Shown here piece after piece: positions 1 to 15,439 of a DNA stretch of 64,000 nt. The stretch lies in NCBI GenBank assembly GCA_030324005.1, contig JARDVH010000025.1, positions 67,170,687 to 67,234,686 of the forward strand. Direction: 5' to 3'. A model generated the notes under the pieces. That model made no database searches, was not told the origin of the DNA, and saw only the letters and a program-made list of their open reading frames with translations. Within the stretch, counting starts at the first letter, position 1. The number at the start of each line of letters is the position of its first letter. Source of the DNA: Negaprion brevirostris (Eukaryota). The position numbers and the translations under genes were made by a program.

Positions 1-289
1 CCGACATTTGCAAGGAGTAAGCTAGGGAGGGAGGCCTTCAGCCCACTTTCACCTGCAGACCTACATGTTTCCCACGCTTCCTGGAGTGTTGGCTTCTTTT
101 CGAGCCTAGGAGACGCTGAGAGTGGTTTGCAGTGTTAAGGGTATGGGGTTATGTCCAATGAGGTCACTCTGGCCGGTGTGCGGATGGAGAATTTGTTACC
201 TTGCTTGCAGTTCCTGTGTTGGTAGATGGGTCTGCACGGGTCAGCTGTTCCAGGTCGCTGTCAGGCTGCATTTTGTCTTCACCAGTTGG

Positions 290-600
290 CGGATATCCTA
301 TCAGGAAGCACCAACACAGATTTATGAAATCATGCTGGATGAATTTACTGGAGTTCTTTGAGGATGTAACAAGCAGGGTGGATAAAGAAGAACCAACAGG
401 TGGAGTATATTTCAATCTCCAAGAGGCATTTAATAAAGTGGCACACAAAATGTTAATACCAAAGATAAGAGCTCATTGTTATGGTGGTGATAGATTAGCA
501 TGGGTAGAGGACTGGTTATCTAACAGTGACCAGAGAGTCATTTTCATGGTGGCAAACTGTAACTGGTGAATTCCAATGAAGCTTCAGCTATTTATAATTT
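290..600 (+). mobile_element. CR1-type LINE reverse transcriptase fragment
   Basis: KSCWMNLLEFFEDVTSRVDKEEPTGGVYFNLQEAFNKVAH resembles the CR1 RT SCLTNLLEFF...YLDFQKAFDKVPH region. Confidence 0.85.
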
Positions 601-1520
601 TGCATGTGCAGGTTCCTCTGCTCTAGGAGCAGAGAGACCTGTCACTCAACCTCTACTGCTCTCAGCCAGCCTCCACAGCCCAAAACATGCCTAACTCCCA
701 GCTACATGGGGTCCGCGGCCTGTCACAAACCCCCTGTGGCTGGTCGCAAGCCACGCCCGACTGACCCCGCTCACCTAGACTGATCAATCCCCATGACACC
801 CTCCCTCCCTCACCCAGGCCAATACCCCCCCCGCCTTTCCTCCCACCAATCACCAATCTGCAGAGTCGCAGCGGACCCCCTTCCCTNNNNNNNNNNNNNN
901 NNNNNNNNNNNNNNNNNNNNNNNNNNNNNNNNNNNNNNNNNNNNNNNNNNNNNNNNNNNNNNNNNNNNNNNNNNNNNNNNNNNNNNCCCTTCCCTACTGC
1001 TGATCACACTGCAGAGTGCGCAGCGGGTCCCCCTGCCGCACCACCAAATGGACTACACTGATCTGGCCCCAGACCCAGTTGTCCCCCTCTAGCCTTGCCC
1101 CCTTTGCACTGCCTGTTGCCCAGAGGGCAGTGTCAGGGTGCCAGGTGGGTAGTGCCGAGATGCCAGGCTGGCATTGACAGGGTGCAGGCTGCAGTTCCTG
1201 AAAGGGGCACCACCCCCTTGCCCCAGTTTCATGAGGGGGCCTTAATAGCCTCCAGTTCTACAGGCAAGGCCATCACGTCTGATCCCATTGCTGGGGACCA
1301 CTATGATTGAGACCACAGAGGCAAGTGACTCCAGTTGATAATGTCCTGAGATTGCTAATTTCATTCAAATGATATTTAAAACTGATTTAAATAATTTATT
1401 CAGTCCCGCACTAGAAATGGGTAACCTTGCTGGATATCTGGTGCCGGTAAGGTTACAAGAGGCGAGGAATTGGGAACTAAACTGCTTTCTCGGCTCTCGT
1501 ACTATCTTCCGGTTATGCAA
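600..1520. mobile_element. GC-rich non-autonomous element (MITE-like family)
   Basis: Shares ggcactgcc/gtgccagg-rich blocks and atttaaat motifs with the repeats at ~21290-21420, 38480-38900 and 45840-46290; interrupted by a gap. Confidence 0.45.
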
Positions 1521-3609
1521 TCTATTGCCAATTTTTCTCATCAGGTTATAATAGACATTAGAAATGCCAGGGCAAAAGGGAATTTAAACTGCTTATCTTG
1601 CCCAGTAAAACTGAACACAGAACAACATATTGCATTGGTCATGGTGAATTTTTTGAAAACTGCTATTTAAAACGTATTCTTCTTGGCTAATCCCTGAGAT
1701 GCCAACAACTTTGTTGTCCTGATGTCTCCGGGAACTGAAGATTTATCTCCTGGATACTGGTCTAAACAAACTAAGGGAAAAAAAAACATAGGGGTATTAA
1801 AAATATGTGTTTTTCATTTTCTTGGAAAACTTGCACTCATTAGTTATTAAAATATTGAAGAAGGCAAACTAAAGGCTATTTGACTGAGCAGGGAGATTGG
1901 AAGGAAGGCACAAAGTCATGTTGCAATGAAGCTTGGAATTTTCTGACGTTGCCCGTGGCTAGGGTTCTCCGGCCCCGCTGCTGTGAGTAGAAATTTGGCT
2001 AAGCACCAAATTCTCCATTCTCGCTGCTTGCATTGGGGGCAGGAGGGGGGGAGGTGGGAAGGGGGTGGCATTAGACATTAGCGAATTCCAGTTGTAATCT
2101 CCAGAAATACACTCAACCTCAGCACAAAGTTGACAACCTTAGACTTGATGCTACCATGCCCCTCCCCTGAAAAATAGGGAGCCTAATTTTTAAATTTGTT
2201 GCTTGAACAGTAAATTGTGGAATCCATCGCACGCCCATCTTATAACCCACCACTGATTCCCACTAATTCTAGCGAAAATTAAAATAGGACAGGCTCTGTA
2301 AAGGGTAGTCAGTTGATCAACCAAGCAGAGAAGGTGAAAATTACCCCAGAGATTTCCAACGGAGACAGAAATCCTGGCTGGAGTCTAGCAGAGAGAAAAA
2401 AAATCAAATTAGCTTGACCCTGGAAAATCAGCCAGGGTCAGGAGCACAGTCATGCCAAGTTTATGCCGGGATTGCATTGGAGCGGAAAATCCTACTGAAA
2501 TATTTGCTACTCTATTGTGTGCAGGTGATGATTGGCAACATGTTCATAATCCATGTGAACAGCAAAACACACACAACTGTTGGACATAATGGAATCTTCA
2601 AAATTCATTTAAAAAGACACAAAACATGAATGAAATGCTGATCAGGACGGGACACCCAAATGAACAAGAATGTTAGTTTTAGTGAAAAGAGTGCTGTTGC
2701 CACTTTTCATGGAGTTATATTGATGCAAGTCAATTATTCAGGAATTGGGTTTGTGCTTCAAAGCAAACAATTCACAGCTGTACAAAATCCTCATGGCATC
2801 AGTGAAATATATGTTTCACCTGTATCTAGGACAAGGCATTGTTTGGTTGTAGAGGTTTTTAAATGTCTGCTCCAGAAGTTTGCTTCAAAGCATTCAGCCT
2901 TTTGCATTGACATTAACATGTAGCCAAATGTTGCTACTTTGCCTTCCTTTGTATGAAAATGAATTCAGGAAACCCAAGAGGTTGAGCTTGTGCAGAAGAT
3001 GAGAGCAGATCTGAACAAAGCTCTAACTAACCTGTGTTTAGGAGTGCATTACAAGGATCCTGAATTTCCTTGGGATTGTGGCACATCTTCACCAGTTCTA
3101 CATTGTCAGTGCCTGTTTGGGAATAAACCTCCCAAGTCTCCTGTGTCCAAGGAGACATGACCTGAGGAAGGATAATTTGCTGAGTGAACAGTATGCCGGG
3201 TGCACTTACTGGCAGGATTATACCCACTAAGGAGTTCCAAGCCTACAACATGTCCTATACCTTTGACAATTTACCTAAAAGTACTTTTGTGCCAAGACTT
3301 TTTTTCACACATTTGGCTCTAACATCCCTACAGAGCAGTTTTCCAGTGCCAGGATGTTATGCCCTCCCCGAAGGCCCCTCTGAGATATGTGCGCAGTGGT
3401 ATAAATACTCACTAGGTGTATTTAAATTGTGATTCCTCCTCCCACAGCTCCTATTGAATTTCCTGTTGGATACATGCTGGCACTTACAGTCGTACAGTGT
3501 AGGAAACGATTCAGCCCATTGTGTCTGTGCCAGCTCCTTGAAAGACCTATCCACCTAGTTGCACATCCTTGCTGTTTGCCCAATGTTTTCTCTTTTTTTG
3601 AGTGTATAT

Positions 3610-3880
3610 AAACATAGAGCACAGAAGGAGCCCATTCACCCCATTGTTTCCATGATGGTCGAAAAAGAACTCTTCAGTCTAATCTCATTTTCCCACTCTT
3701 AGAAAAAAAAATTCTCAAAGGACAGTGGAAGCAGAGTCTTTGGATGTTTTCAAAGCAGAGATAGATAGATTCTTGATAACCAAGGGGGTGAAAGGTTATT
3801 GGAGTTTGGTGGGACCTTACAGTTAAATCAGCCATGATCTTATTGTCTGGTGCAGCAGGCTCCTATTTCTAACTCATGTG
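3610..3880. mobile_element. CR1 3'-end fragments
   Basis: gtggaagcagagtc...gcagagatagatagattcttg...cagccatgatcttattg, typical of CR1 3' regions. Confidence 0.6.
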
Positions 3881-4179
3881 TTTGTATGCAGTACTCAGCT
3901 GTGGTTTAAATGGTGTTTACACTGCTCTATTATAACCTCCCTGCCCTCATACTCTGTGCCTTGGCCAACACAGGAATGTATCCCAAATGCTTTCTTAATT
4001 ACCTTATCTACCTTCCAGAATCTGTTTGTCTACATATCTCAGAATCTTACAATTTATTGTGCATACCTTGTGACCTCTGGATTGGAGACAAATCATCTCA
4101 GTTCAAGGACAATATTACAGATGTTCTTCAGGGCAATGTCCGAGTCTCAAAGTTCTTTAGTTGTTTCATCAAAGATCTT

Positions 4180-4600
4180 GCCTTCAAAAAGTGGTTTCTC
4201 ACTGATGACTGCACAGTGTTCAATTCCATTTGTAATATCTCAAATGACACATTCCTGAAAGGAAACAGTGTGTGTCCGCAAACAGCAAGACCTGGGCAGC
4301 TTTCAGTTTTGGACTGAAAGGCGACCAAAGTGTCAGGCAGTGGCTATCTCCACAAGGGAAAATCTCACCATTTTGGCTTGACGGTCAATGGCATTACCAG
4401 CAACAAATCTCTCGCCATTAACATTCTAGGGATCACCATTGAGCAGGAACCTAACTGAGCCAGACACATACATAGAGGCTATCGGAACAGGTTAGGAGAT
4501 GGATAGTTTGTGACGAAGGACTTCACAAAGCCTGTTCACCACGTACAAGGCACAAATCACGAGCAAGGAAATATTCTCGATTTTGTTGGATTAGTGCAAT
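4180..4600 (+). mobile_element. decayed CR1/L2-group LINE fragment
   Basis: ctgatgactgcacagtgttc (xDDCTVF) and similarity to 41990-42370. Confidence 0.6.
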
Positions 4601-4944
4601 TTAGTAAGTGTGAAGTGATGTGGTGAGGAGGAAACAACGTGGAATCGCAGTATTATGTCTAGATAGTACTGTTCTGAGGGCAGTGCTAGAATCGAGACAC
4701 AAAGTTGCTAAGGGGTTCAGAAAACANNNNNNNNNNNNNNNNNNNNNNNNNNNNNNNNNNNNNNNNNNNNNNNNNNNNNNNNNNNNNNNNNNNNNNNNNN
4801 NNNNNNNNNNNNNNNNNNNNNNNNNNGAACATTTCATTTTGAAAATAGGGGCACTGAGCACAAAACAAAGAAGCCAACCTAACATTTACAAATCTTTGGT
4901 TAGTCTTCAGTTAGAAACTTACTTCAAATTTTGGACGCACTTTT

Positions 4945-5290
4945 TTACTCATTCTTGGAATATGAACATCACTGACAAGGTCAGCATTTATTACTTATCC
5001 TTAATTGGCCTTGATAAGGTGGCAGAAGGTGGCCTTCTGGAACAGCTGCAGTCCTTGTGGTGTAGGTACACCCACGGTTGTGTTAGGGAGGGAGTTCCAG
5101 TAGCTTTACCCAGTGACNNNNNNNNNNAGCAAAGGAGCAGCAACATAGTCCCATGTCAGGATGGTATATGGCTTGGAGGAGAACTTGTACGTGGCACCCA
5201 TGCCTTTGCTGCCCTTGTCCTTCTAATTAGTAGAGGTCATGGGTTTGGAAGGTGCTTTCAAAGAAGGCTTAGCAAGTTGCTGCTCTGCAT
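4945..5290 (-). mobile_element. 3' end of the LINE family at 41770-42780, inverted
   Basis: gcatttattacttatccttaattggccttg is similar to the reverse complement of 42745-42772. Confidence 0.65.
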
Positions 5291-6479
5291 CCAAATGCAG
5301 ATAGGATATCAAAGGTTCTGGAGAGAATACTGAAAGTATTAATCAGTATGAAATTAGATATGAGGGACTTCAATTATTGGAGAGTTGGAAGAAGTTGGGA
5401 TTTTTCTCTTTAGAACAGAAGAGATTAAGGGGAGTCCTATTGGTGATATTTTGCTTGCATTGGAAGGGTCAACTGCCATGTGGAGGCAATGGCAGATTAC
5501 TTTTTGAGGATGTCCTCCTTCATGGGCAATCCTTAGTCCATGCAAGGGGGGCATGACCGGAACGACGACCTCGGTCCCACCCAGATTTCCAGGGTCTGGC
5601 TTCACCAAAAGACTCACCTGTCTTCGAGGCACCTCTTCGTGGAGCTGCAGCTTCAACATTGGCCATGGCTAACTGATATTATGAAGGGTGCAAGCTGCCA
5701 GCAGTTCTTGTGGGGGGGCGGGGGACAAATTTCTTCNNNNNNNNNNNNNNNNNNNNNNNNNNNNNNNNNNNNNNNNNNNNNNNNNNNCCTGTTAATTGGC
5801 TTTTGTGGGCAAAAGCATCCCACTGCACACTGCAGTGATGTCCTCAGTGATGGGACTTCACTCTCTCTGATTCTATTCATCTGTACTGAGGGTAAGTTGT
5901 GTTCTACTAAAATTAGTGCATGTGGCTATGATGGTACTGTCATAGGCTTGCTGGTGCCTATTAGGAAGTTTGTATTGCACAACCCTGCACCAAAACTGCA
6001 GTGCCTTATTGACTGAGCATTTCCCCAATTCTCTGGTTTTGTATCAGATGAGTAAAATTATGGAATCAGAGTGATGATTCCATAATCCTGCACTGGAAGC
6101 CAACAGCTATTCATAGGAGCAGTGGATGTCAGAATTGAACCTGCTATTGTTGTAATCCTATCCCTGCCCAATATTCCCTATGCCCATGCCTGATCTGCTG
6201 GAAAAACAATCACCCCCCCATATGCCAGCCAGCCCTGGAACCTGCCTCCATTTTAACAAAGGTTATAGAAAATATGAATAGTGCACTAACTCCTGAAGTA
6301 CTTGAATCATGTACAATGGTCCACTAGGTGACTTGGACACATAAATCTGAATATCATTTCGAGAAGATTTATTCACTGACAACCAGAGGTAAACAATACA
6401 TAAGAACCTGGGCAAATCTGAATTCCACAGCTGCATATCCTTTGCAGTATCTTAAAATGATCAAAGAACATAGATGCAG

Positions 6480-9400
6480 ACTTAAGAGAAAATGCCATTT
6501 TATTGAGAATGAAATTCAAACTTAAATCAATGTTACAATCATGACAATATGTCAGACAAGGAATTTTGCGGTTCGGTGACACAAAAACCATTACTTTAGC
6601 ATTGTTCCCTTTTAAGACATAGCAAAGTGATTCATAATCAATGATGGCAATGGCTTGGAAACACAATGCATTTGTACAGTATATTCAGTGCAAAGCAATT
6701 ATTCAATAACAGCAATAAAAAGCTTGTATTTATACAAAAAGTAAAAAAAAAGTAAAAAGGCAGAACTGTAAGTATACCTTTGAAATCAAAACTGCAGAAT
6801 GTTGTCTGTTTTACGTACACAAAAATATGAACAGATTAAAATGTATGCTCTTTTCATGGAGCTCAACTATCTATGTGATAATTACAACAGAAAGCTAGGA
6901 TTTCCATTTCATGCCTACAATCACAAACTAGAAGAATACAAAATATGAACTGTATCATAAACTGCTGAAATTATGATAAAAGAAGCCTTTTTAATGTCTG
7001 TAAAGAGAATTCAGGGTTGAAGACAATTGGGAGTACCAAATCAGAGATGGATGAGGTTTGCCTAGGTCGTATTCAATCTTTCGAGTTGAAATTATCACTT
7101 TTGCCTTTCAACCTACTTAATAAATAATAGGATAAAGTGGTGCTTTCCACTACAATTTTGAGAATATTGTTTTCATAATGCTAAACAATCATGTGCATGT
7201 TTCAACGTGGCAGTCACTGGAAGCAAATACAAATATTTTGTTCTTTGTAATAAATGGTTAATAAGCAAAGCTTATTTTGCCACCAGTACCAGCCAGTTAA
7301 ATTAGCAGTTGATTAGAAAAACTTCAAAGTTTTCTGAATTCAGCTTGACACAATTGTGCTCATCAATTATTAATACGAGTTGCTAGGTTCGGCAAATACT
7401 TTGATCTATCACTAGAATCAGTGCTTCTGCTCTCTTAGCAAGAATCCCAGTACCCAAGGTCTAGAGGAAAGCAGATTAATCCTTTCACCAAAACACAAAA
7501 CTAGAGGTAGCTTTACCCTGTGGCTCTGATTTGCACTGCTTCATTTTTTTTGTTTGTTTTGTGTCTGATGGTATTTCACACCTCCAGTAATTGACATCTT
7601 CTCAACACAGGATGTCGCACAGAATAATAAAATGATTCTCAATAGTTTAACAGAAAAAAGAAAATGGAGAGACAACAACTCCAGTATTCAGTGCTTTCCC
7701 AAGAACTCCTGCAGAATCACATCTCATCGGTGAAGGAATTTGTTATTTGGCTAACAGAATGACACTCATATCTAAATGTAACATTTCAAACATGAGTGTA
7801 TAATATTGTTTGTGATTGCACAATGCAATTGGAGTGATTGAAGCTGAATTCCTTTTTTTTTGCTCATATATAATACCTCAGATTACCTACTATCACTTTA
7901 TAAACAAATAAAATTCTTGGTGTACTGTAAAGTCTATTAAAGCACATCTCCATTAGTAACAAATTTATCAGCAAACCATCGGAGGCATCACATAACTGCA
8001 GCATAAATGATAGTTTGAGTTAGCAGTCAGTACCATAGAAAATAACTTTATCCAAAACCCCAAAAGATGTTCACATCTGCAATAGAAAATCTGTTCCCAA
8101 CGGAAAAGTGATGAACACATTTTGCTTAATGTCCAAAATGTATGGCGATCATTAAAACCTTTGCTGTAGGGAATTAACCTGGTGGATGCTGGATCTTTCT
8201 GGATGTGATACAAAATGTTTTTGACTGTACAAAATCTTAAATTTGGTTCCAAAATCGCTGCCTGCAGCTCTACAAATATCACATCCTAACAAAGAATGTT
8301 CTTTTTAAAAATCACTTTATATAAAAAAAATCATATTTAAATCTTTGAAAGGCCATCTTAAGCAATAAAAATTACATTAAACAAATAGAGTACCTCTTAT
8401 TAAATAGGTAACAGCCTGCACTGGCAGTAAGATTTGATTAGTTCAACCTTGAGTTGTGTAACCTGACACCTGCTTTTCAAGTGCTGCTGAAAACTCCTGA
8501 ACTCATTACCTGTACAGATATATAAATGTAGACTGGTGGTTGGCTTCAAGCTACCACTTGGAATAAATAATATCAATAAAGTTGTCCAGCTTTAATGTAA
8601 ATCGGCCATATTGAACCTTGGGTCCACAAAAGCATGCTCCACACAAGAAACTTTGCAGTTAAAAAAAAGTGAACTATATCTAAATATTGAAAAATATTTG
8701 ACTTTATTTAATACATAAAATAGTAATGTCTAAGTTTCATAATGGAACAAAGCATTTGAAATTTAAGGAAGCATTAGGATAAGTGAATATTGCATTAATG
8801 TACCTCTCATCTATTTTGTGCTTTTTAAATTATAAAGACTGAATACACATTTCCAAGTGTAACCGTAGCTAATTATTTGATTTATCGGTATTTCAAGGCT
8901 AATATCTCAAGGACCTGGGTTACTTTGACACATAGTAAGTTCTCTATTAATGTACACTTAGAAATGTACTGTTAAATGTATATTTACACTTGTGTTAATA
9001 AGGGATGAGGGCCTTTAAAAGGCTCAGTTTGATTTGAGAATAAAGAAAAAAGAACTTAGATTAATTTAGTACTTTTCCTTGTTTAAATTGATTGAAAGGA
9101 AATAGTGACCATAACAGCATGTTCTTTAGTCAGCAGCAATAAACAGAAAGATTTGGGTCAGGATTTGCCCAAAAGGATTTGGCTCCAATTTCCTTCAGGG
9201 CTTTTAAATTTTGATCTCTTTTTAGAAAAGGGTTTGAGTGGCAGTAATAACATGACACAAATCAGATGCCATTTTGTGCTCTCCACTTCACTGCTTTTGT
9301 GGATCCATCTGATCTTAATTATTAATATATAGATTAATAACCACAAATACCAGAAAATTTGAGTTATTATGGGGCAAATCACAGGGGAGGGTTTTCATCC

Positions 9401-10764
9401 TTATATTGATAAACAGTTATGTAAGAATATGATTGGTTAATGTACTGTTGGGCAGCAATGTACTCATTCCTTTATTTATCAAAGCTCTGCAACTGTGAGT
9501 CACACAATGATGTTTCTTTGATTTGATATCTTTAAGAAGACTACTTTTTCAAACAAAACACTTCCGATTTATACCTCAAAGAAATTTACATTTTTCAAAA
9601 CGTGACTATTCAATATACAGGTTTTATTTTAAAAACGTATGTTTTCAGAGAACATGTAAATTGGACTGAATGATTTGAAGGTAGGTGTCCCACAGCCACT
9701 GGCATGAGCTACCAAGAGTACACTATTTCCATTATATTACTAATCTTACACATGCACAAATATTTAGTGATTAAACCATTCTGGGATTCTAAATATTTCA
9801 GGGAAAATTTCATGTACTTAAAGTAACCCATTTGAGTATATCATGACAATATTAATAACTTCCACCTTTTTCAAGTATGCAGACAACTACAGATACTAAA
9901 TTGTAATGATGCTACAATAGACATTACTATTTTAAGGTTGCTATGTCACCATGAAGGAGGCATACAATTAATGAGTAAACAACATTCAATAGAAACATTA
10001 ATGACACTGAAGTAAAGTGAGATTTCTTCAAGCCAGATGACATTTACCTCGTTTGAGACTGGAAAGCAATTTTCTTTGAAACATACACAAAGCATTTAAA
10101 GAATGCAAAAACAGACAATCCTTTTGAAATCTGCAGTAAACATTCAATTAACAGGAATTCTCAGATAAACGGCACTTAGAAAACAACTTTTTTCTATTTA
10201 CACTTGATGGGGATCTCTCAAGAAATTGATAAAGAAAAGTTCTGTCCCTCTATGCATAGTTAAAACTGAGTGCATACATGTTTCTGATACCACTATTCTA
10301 AAAGTGAACCATTTTTCCCATAGACAATTTATAAAAAAAATAAAGTGGATAACTATTTCTTGTAGGACTTTTCTTCTTCTTAAGCTTAGAGTCCTCTTAT
10401 TCTTCTTGTTTTAGCCACTTTTCTTGCTACTTTCAATGTTGTTCTAATAATGCGTTTATAAGTTACTGCAATTTTCACACTGTCAGTTCTGGGAAGGCCC
10501 ATCTTTCTAAAACAAAACAGTTTTGCTGAATAGCTAGAAGTTCTTCATATATTTGGACAAGTTAACAAGTTCACTCAAGAACTTATAAAAAAGCAATGTG
10601 ATGTGCATATCTTGATCTGTACAGAAATGTCTTCAAATACTGTACCAGTTCTTTCACTCAACAGTCTTAATATGATAAGATTTTCTTCCAGTTAAAAACT
10701 GTATAATAGGCACTATTTAAACGTTGACTTCCTTTGCAAATTGTTGTTATAAGGAATCACAGAG
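6480..10764 (-). other. RUNX2: Runx2 3'UTR (predicted, ~4.3 kb)
   Basis: AT-rich and without recognisable repeats from the stop codon down to minus-strand AATAAA signals at 6503-6498 and 6373-6368. The 3' end is inferred. Confidence 0.7.
6498..6503 (-). terminator. candidate polyadenylation signal AATAAA (second candidate at 6373-6368)
   Basis: tttatt on + strand at the end of the repeat-free UTR block. Confidence 0.55.
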
Positions 10765-11307
<543 letters not shown>

Positions 11308-14300
11308 TCATCATTATATGGTTAGACATTAAGCTAGATTATAATTTGCATCTAATCGTCACACGCTGTAAAATAATAAGATTATTTAAAAGACAACCAT
11401 AAGGGCCAGTCAATCAGAAGGTGACAGCTCTTCTGTACTCAGCAATTCCATTTTGAAGGTGATGGATACAGTACTACTTTCGCCCAGGGCCCCAGATCAA
11501 GGGGGGACCTAGGCACAGTGAGTGATGGTGGAAAGGGAATCATAGGCTGGGGGAAAATGGACTGTTAGCTTCCCCATCATTTCTGGAACCAATGTTAATC
11601 TATAAAAGTAGGCATACAGCAAAGACCCACACTAAAAGTAAACTACTGGAGCCATTGACGCCAATAGAAAATTAAGCATTACTTCAATATTGTCACACAA
11701 ATAGCTGGCAGATTATAACGTTGGCCAATAATGAGATTGAAATTCTTGAGCAGTAATATGAGACCCAAAGGGAATATGGTTGCATAAATTCCAAGAGCAT
11801 TCACGAATGTTCTTTATGTAATTCTGAGACCTTTCATAACAAAAAAATATATTTTTTAAACAGAACCAGCCTCCTCTGCTTTATGTTGTACCCTGTCAAA
11901 AATGACTCCAACATGCCAATCTCAACTTTCCATTTTAGTTTTTATGTCTATTTTACATCGATTGTAAAGATTTCAGCCCTTATTTTGTAAATTATTCTAA
12001 GTACTCAGAGGTCACAGATTTGTTGATTCTGAATCTACGAAATGACATACAAAATCTCAAAGAAAAATTCTGTTGTGCTATTTGAGGAGCCATAGTGAAA
12101 AATCTGATACAATGAGCAACATATAGAGAGAACTCTGTGTGTATATTCCATTTGAACAGGAGCTATAAATAACATGCATTAAGTATCAATTTATCAAAAG
12201 ATTTTCTAATGAGAGCTTCCTGTACTCTAGCTGTAGGCTAACAAAATAAGTACAAAGCACGTTGTGTATGTGGTCCCCACAGTTCTAGTTAAACAGAAGT
12301 TGGGTAAACATCTTAGAACTATTTTCAACTATATTTTTCCTGGAGGGAGTACAGTTGTTTTTATACTGTAATTAATATATATGATTTGTTGAAACACATT
12401 CCTGAACTAACTTTAAAGGAAGTCTGCACATAAAACTGAATGGAATGCATTATTACTTATTAGTTTGTGCCCAAACAAAAGCAGATATCTTAGGTAAGGA
12501 ATGCAATCCTTTCTGCAGTATGTCTGGTATGCCCACTCTCAGCATTCTTTTACTTAGGGGGTATGGGGTGTGGCCAGTTATGCTCAGCGACTTCCCTCCT
12601 ACATCCTGTCTCTGTAACCCAACAAATGCCAGGAGTAGATGCCAGCAGTTCTAACGTATATGAAATGAAATAAGTCATACAAACAACTGAAATGAACTTT
12701 TAACATCATATACTATTTGGTGCAGGAGGGGTGTGTGCTGGGGAAGGATGGGTGGTTTGTGGGGATTGGACTGGAAAACTATTTTAACAACTGAGGACAC
12801 CCTACTGCTCCCCCTCCCCCAGTCACAGTCTATCCTAATCTTCCCAAGACTTTTAACACAAGTTTTTTCTTCATGTGCTTTGCAACAAAGGACACTAAAG
12901 AAGGCAAAACAGTGAATAGTTTACTTTTGCTTATTGGATTGCTGTCTATAATTGCATACACTATGGCAAAGTTTTTGTTGCTGTCTTTGATCGCAGGATT
13001 TTGGTCAAGGAGATGATATGACTGGAGGTCGCAGGTGAATGGGAAGGTGTGGCATAGTGGAGCAATGGTAATGAAGGGATGCAGTTACAGCCAAACCATC
13101 TGGAGGGAAAGGGTCATGGATTTCTCCTCCCTGCCTATTCCTGCTTCTCCCTCAATGCTGAACTTACCCTCTCCACAGCCCCTGCTCTATCTGCCCTGTC
13201 ATGTTGTAAACCAAGAGGTACTACAGCTAGTTCCTCCATGCCTGTAGCAGCCTTTGCACAGACAGGTCATCCAATCCTCTGCTCTCCCTGTGAACATGTA
13301 TCTATACATCCTGCCAAATCCAGCAACTGACCACAACATCTCCAGAAACAACTCCATGGTACTTTCATAAACTTTGACATAGCAGAGGTTAGTCTAAATC
13401 ACCTTGCCCGCCAGTTGGATGTCTGGATAGCAAAAAATGCTTGTGCGTGTTCCTACTTGCATATACTTTGCTGAGTAAAAAAGGACATGCATTTCGTGAA
13501 TCTGCACAGTCTAAGGTCCAAGACCATGAGGCAAATCAACAGGATGGCAGTCGCTATGCTCCTGGTGCATGTGCAGCACTCTCAAGCTGGTGCCATTCTC
13601 AGCATCAGGCATTGTGTGAGGTATGCCAGACTTGGCCAGAAGCGTTAAATATACCATTCCGAGGGCCTCCAGCTTCCATAGCTCAGCCTTCAGCATTGCT
13701 TACAGAGTTGAATTTCTAGCCCTTAATGTTTAGCAAACCATCACATTATTACCTCATTCAATCTTTTACACCATGATTCTAGGTATGCCAAAACTACCAA
13801 CATTGCTAATCAATTCCGGCCTGGCAGTTTCTTTCACAAGATTTTACTGCTAATAGGACAATCTCCTCTTTACCCAAGGTACAAAAACATTGACTACTTT
13901 GCAGGAATACCCACTCCTTTTAAAAATACATTATAGCTCTAAAGTATTTGTCATTGTTCACATGTACACGTGAATGTGATTTAGTCTGCCACTTGTCCAA
14001 TTATCCTGTCCTGCAGTTTTACTGTGCTTTTGCAGTTGTGCATTTTGAATATGCTCCATTTTGCTATGGTTTCCTATTTAATTTTGTTTTTACAATTCAA
14101 GTTACAATTGCATGGATTAATGCTCCCTCCCAAATTTAACCGTTTCTTTCAGACTTCTTCTTTTGAATGCATTCATGCAGAGGTGAAGTTTCACATGGAA
14201 GGAAAGAAGGGGAAATAGCACCAGCATCCTCACATGTCCAGTCTTTCCATGTAAAGTTAGAGTGGCCCCGATTTCCCCAGCCTCTGCCTGGCAGGAATGG

Positions 14301-15439
14301 GCTGCACTAGGCCTAAAAAAGCAGTACGCCATCATTCTTGACCACCAGTGGAACTGACTGGCCAAAGGGCCACCTGGTTGAGTTGGAAGGCTGCTTTTCC
14401 CATGCAAAAAGGTTCCTGCTGGTGGTCGAATTAAAATGTGATGTTGAGATACAGATATACAGACAATGACCAAAATTTTACATTGCTTGGGCGGGTGCGT
14501 ACCCAACCCAGAAAATGTGTAAAATGGCACGAGAAGAGGTCGGGCATGTGCCCCAATGTCATCACCACCTCGCACATTGTTTGGTCAGTGGGTGAGAGTC
14601 AGAAATGTTCCCACTGACAATCAAGCAGCCAATATAAATGAATTAAACAGCAATGTTTTATGTTGCCCACCTGCCTTTACGTTTGGCAGGCAGGCTGATT
14701 GGTAAGACGACCTTTACGTTTTAACTACAAACTCAATCCAGGTGGACAAAAGTCATGGCTCAAATAAAGCGACAGCCCACAAGCTCTCTTTTCTCAGCAT
14801 TCACTCTCCTCCCTCTCACCCACTGTGACCAGCCTTTCACATAGCACATTTCACACTAACTGGGTATGAATTGGCCACCCAGCATAATATCACGTTAACA
14901 ATGTGATCTCGGGTGAGAGAAGGTTTCATATCTGCACCCAGTTTCATCGAATTCAGGCGTACCCAGAACATAAAATTCAGGTCCATGTATAATTAGCATT
15001 AGACTCTGAGCAGCCTAATTAGTAATCCTTACAGGAACTGCCCCAAGCTGTTTCTAAATTAGGTAAATACAAATGTGTATGATTTATATAGGACCAGGAG
15101 AAGTATAAAGAAATCCTCCTGGCTGCATGAATAGTTTTGGCACTATGACTGGCAAGCCTATCAATTGTTTTCCTTACAATATAGAATTTCCTGTTTGGCT
15201 CATGGAGTAGCCATCAGAATTCCCGTTCTGACCAGCCTTTACCCCATTGGCAAACTTCCAGACATCAAGTGGTTTGGGCCTCACCAAAGGGTTAGCACAC
15301 TACCCAACTGAGGTATGCTCAAAGTCAAAATCAACCCCAGTATGTAGGTTATTCTCCAGCACCGGCATCACAGCTAAGGCCAATTCTGTCCTCATGAATG
15401 TGTCTATGTAGTGATCAGAAGCAGGGATATCTAGTGAAT

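Noticed and set aside
12930-13800. Possible second Harbinger relic on the minus strand (LAVTASLHY)
   Set aside because: Similarity is too weak; no catalytic motifs could be read.
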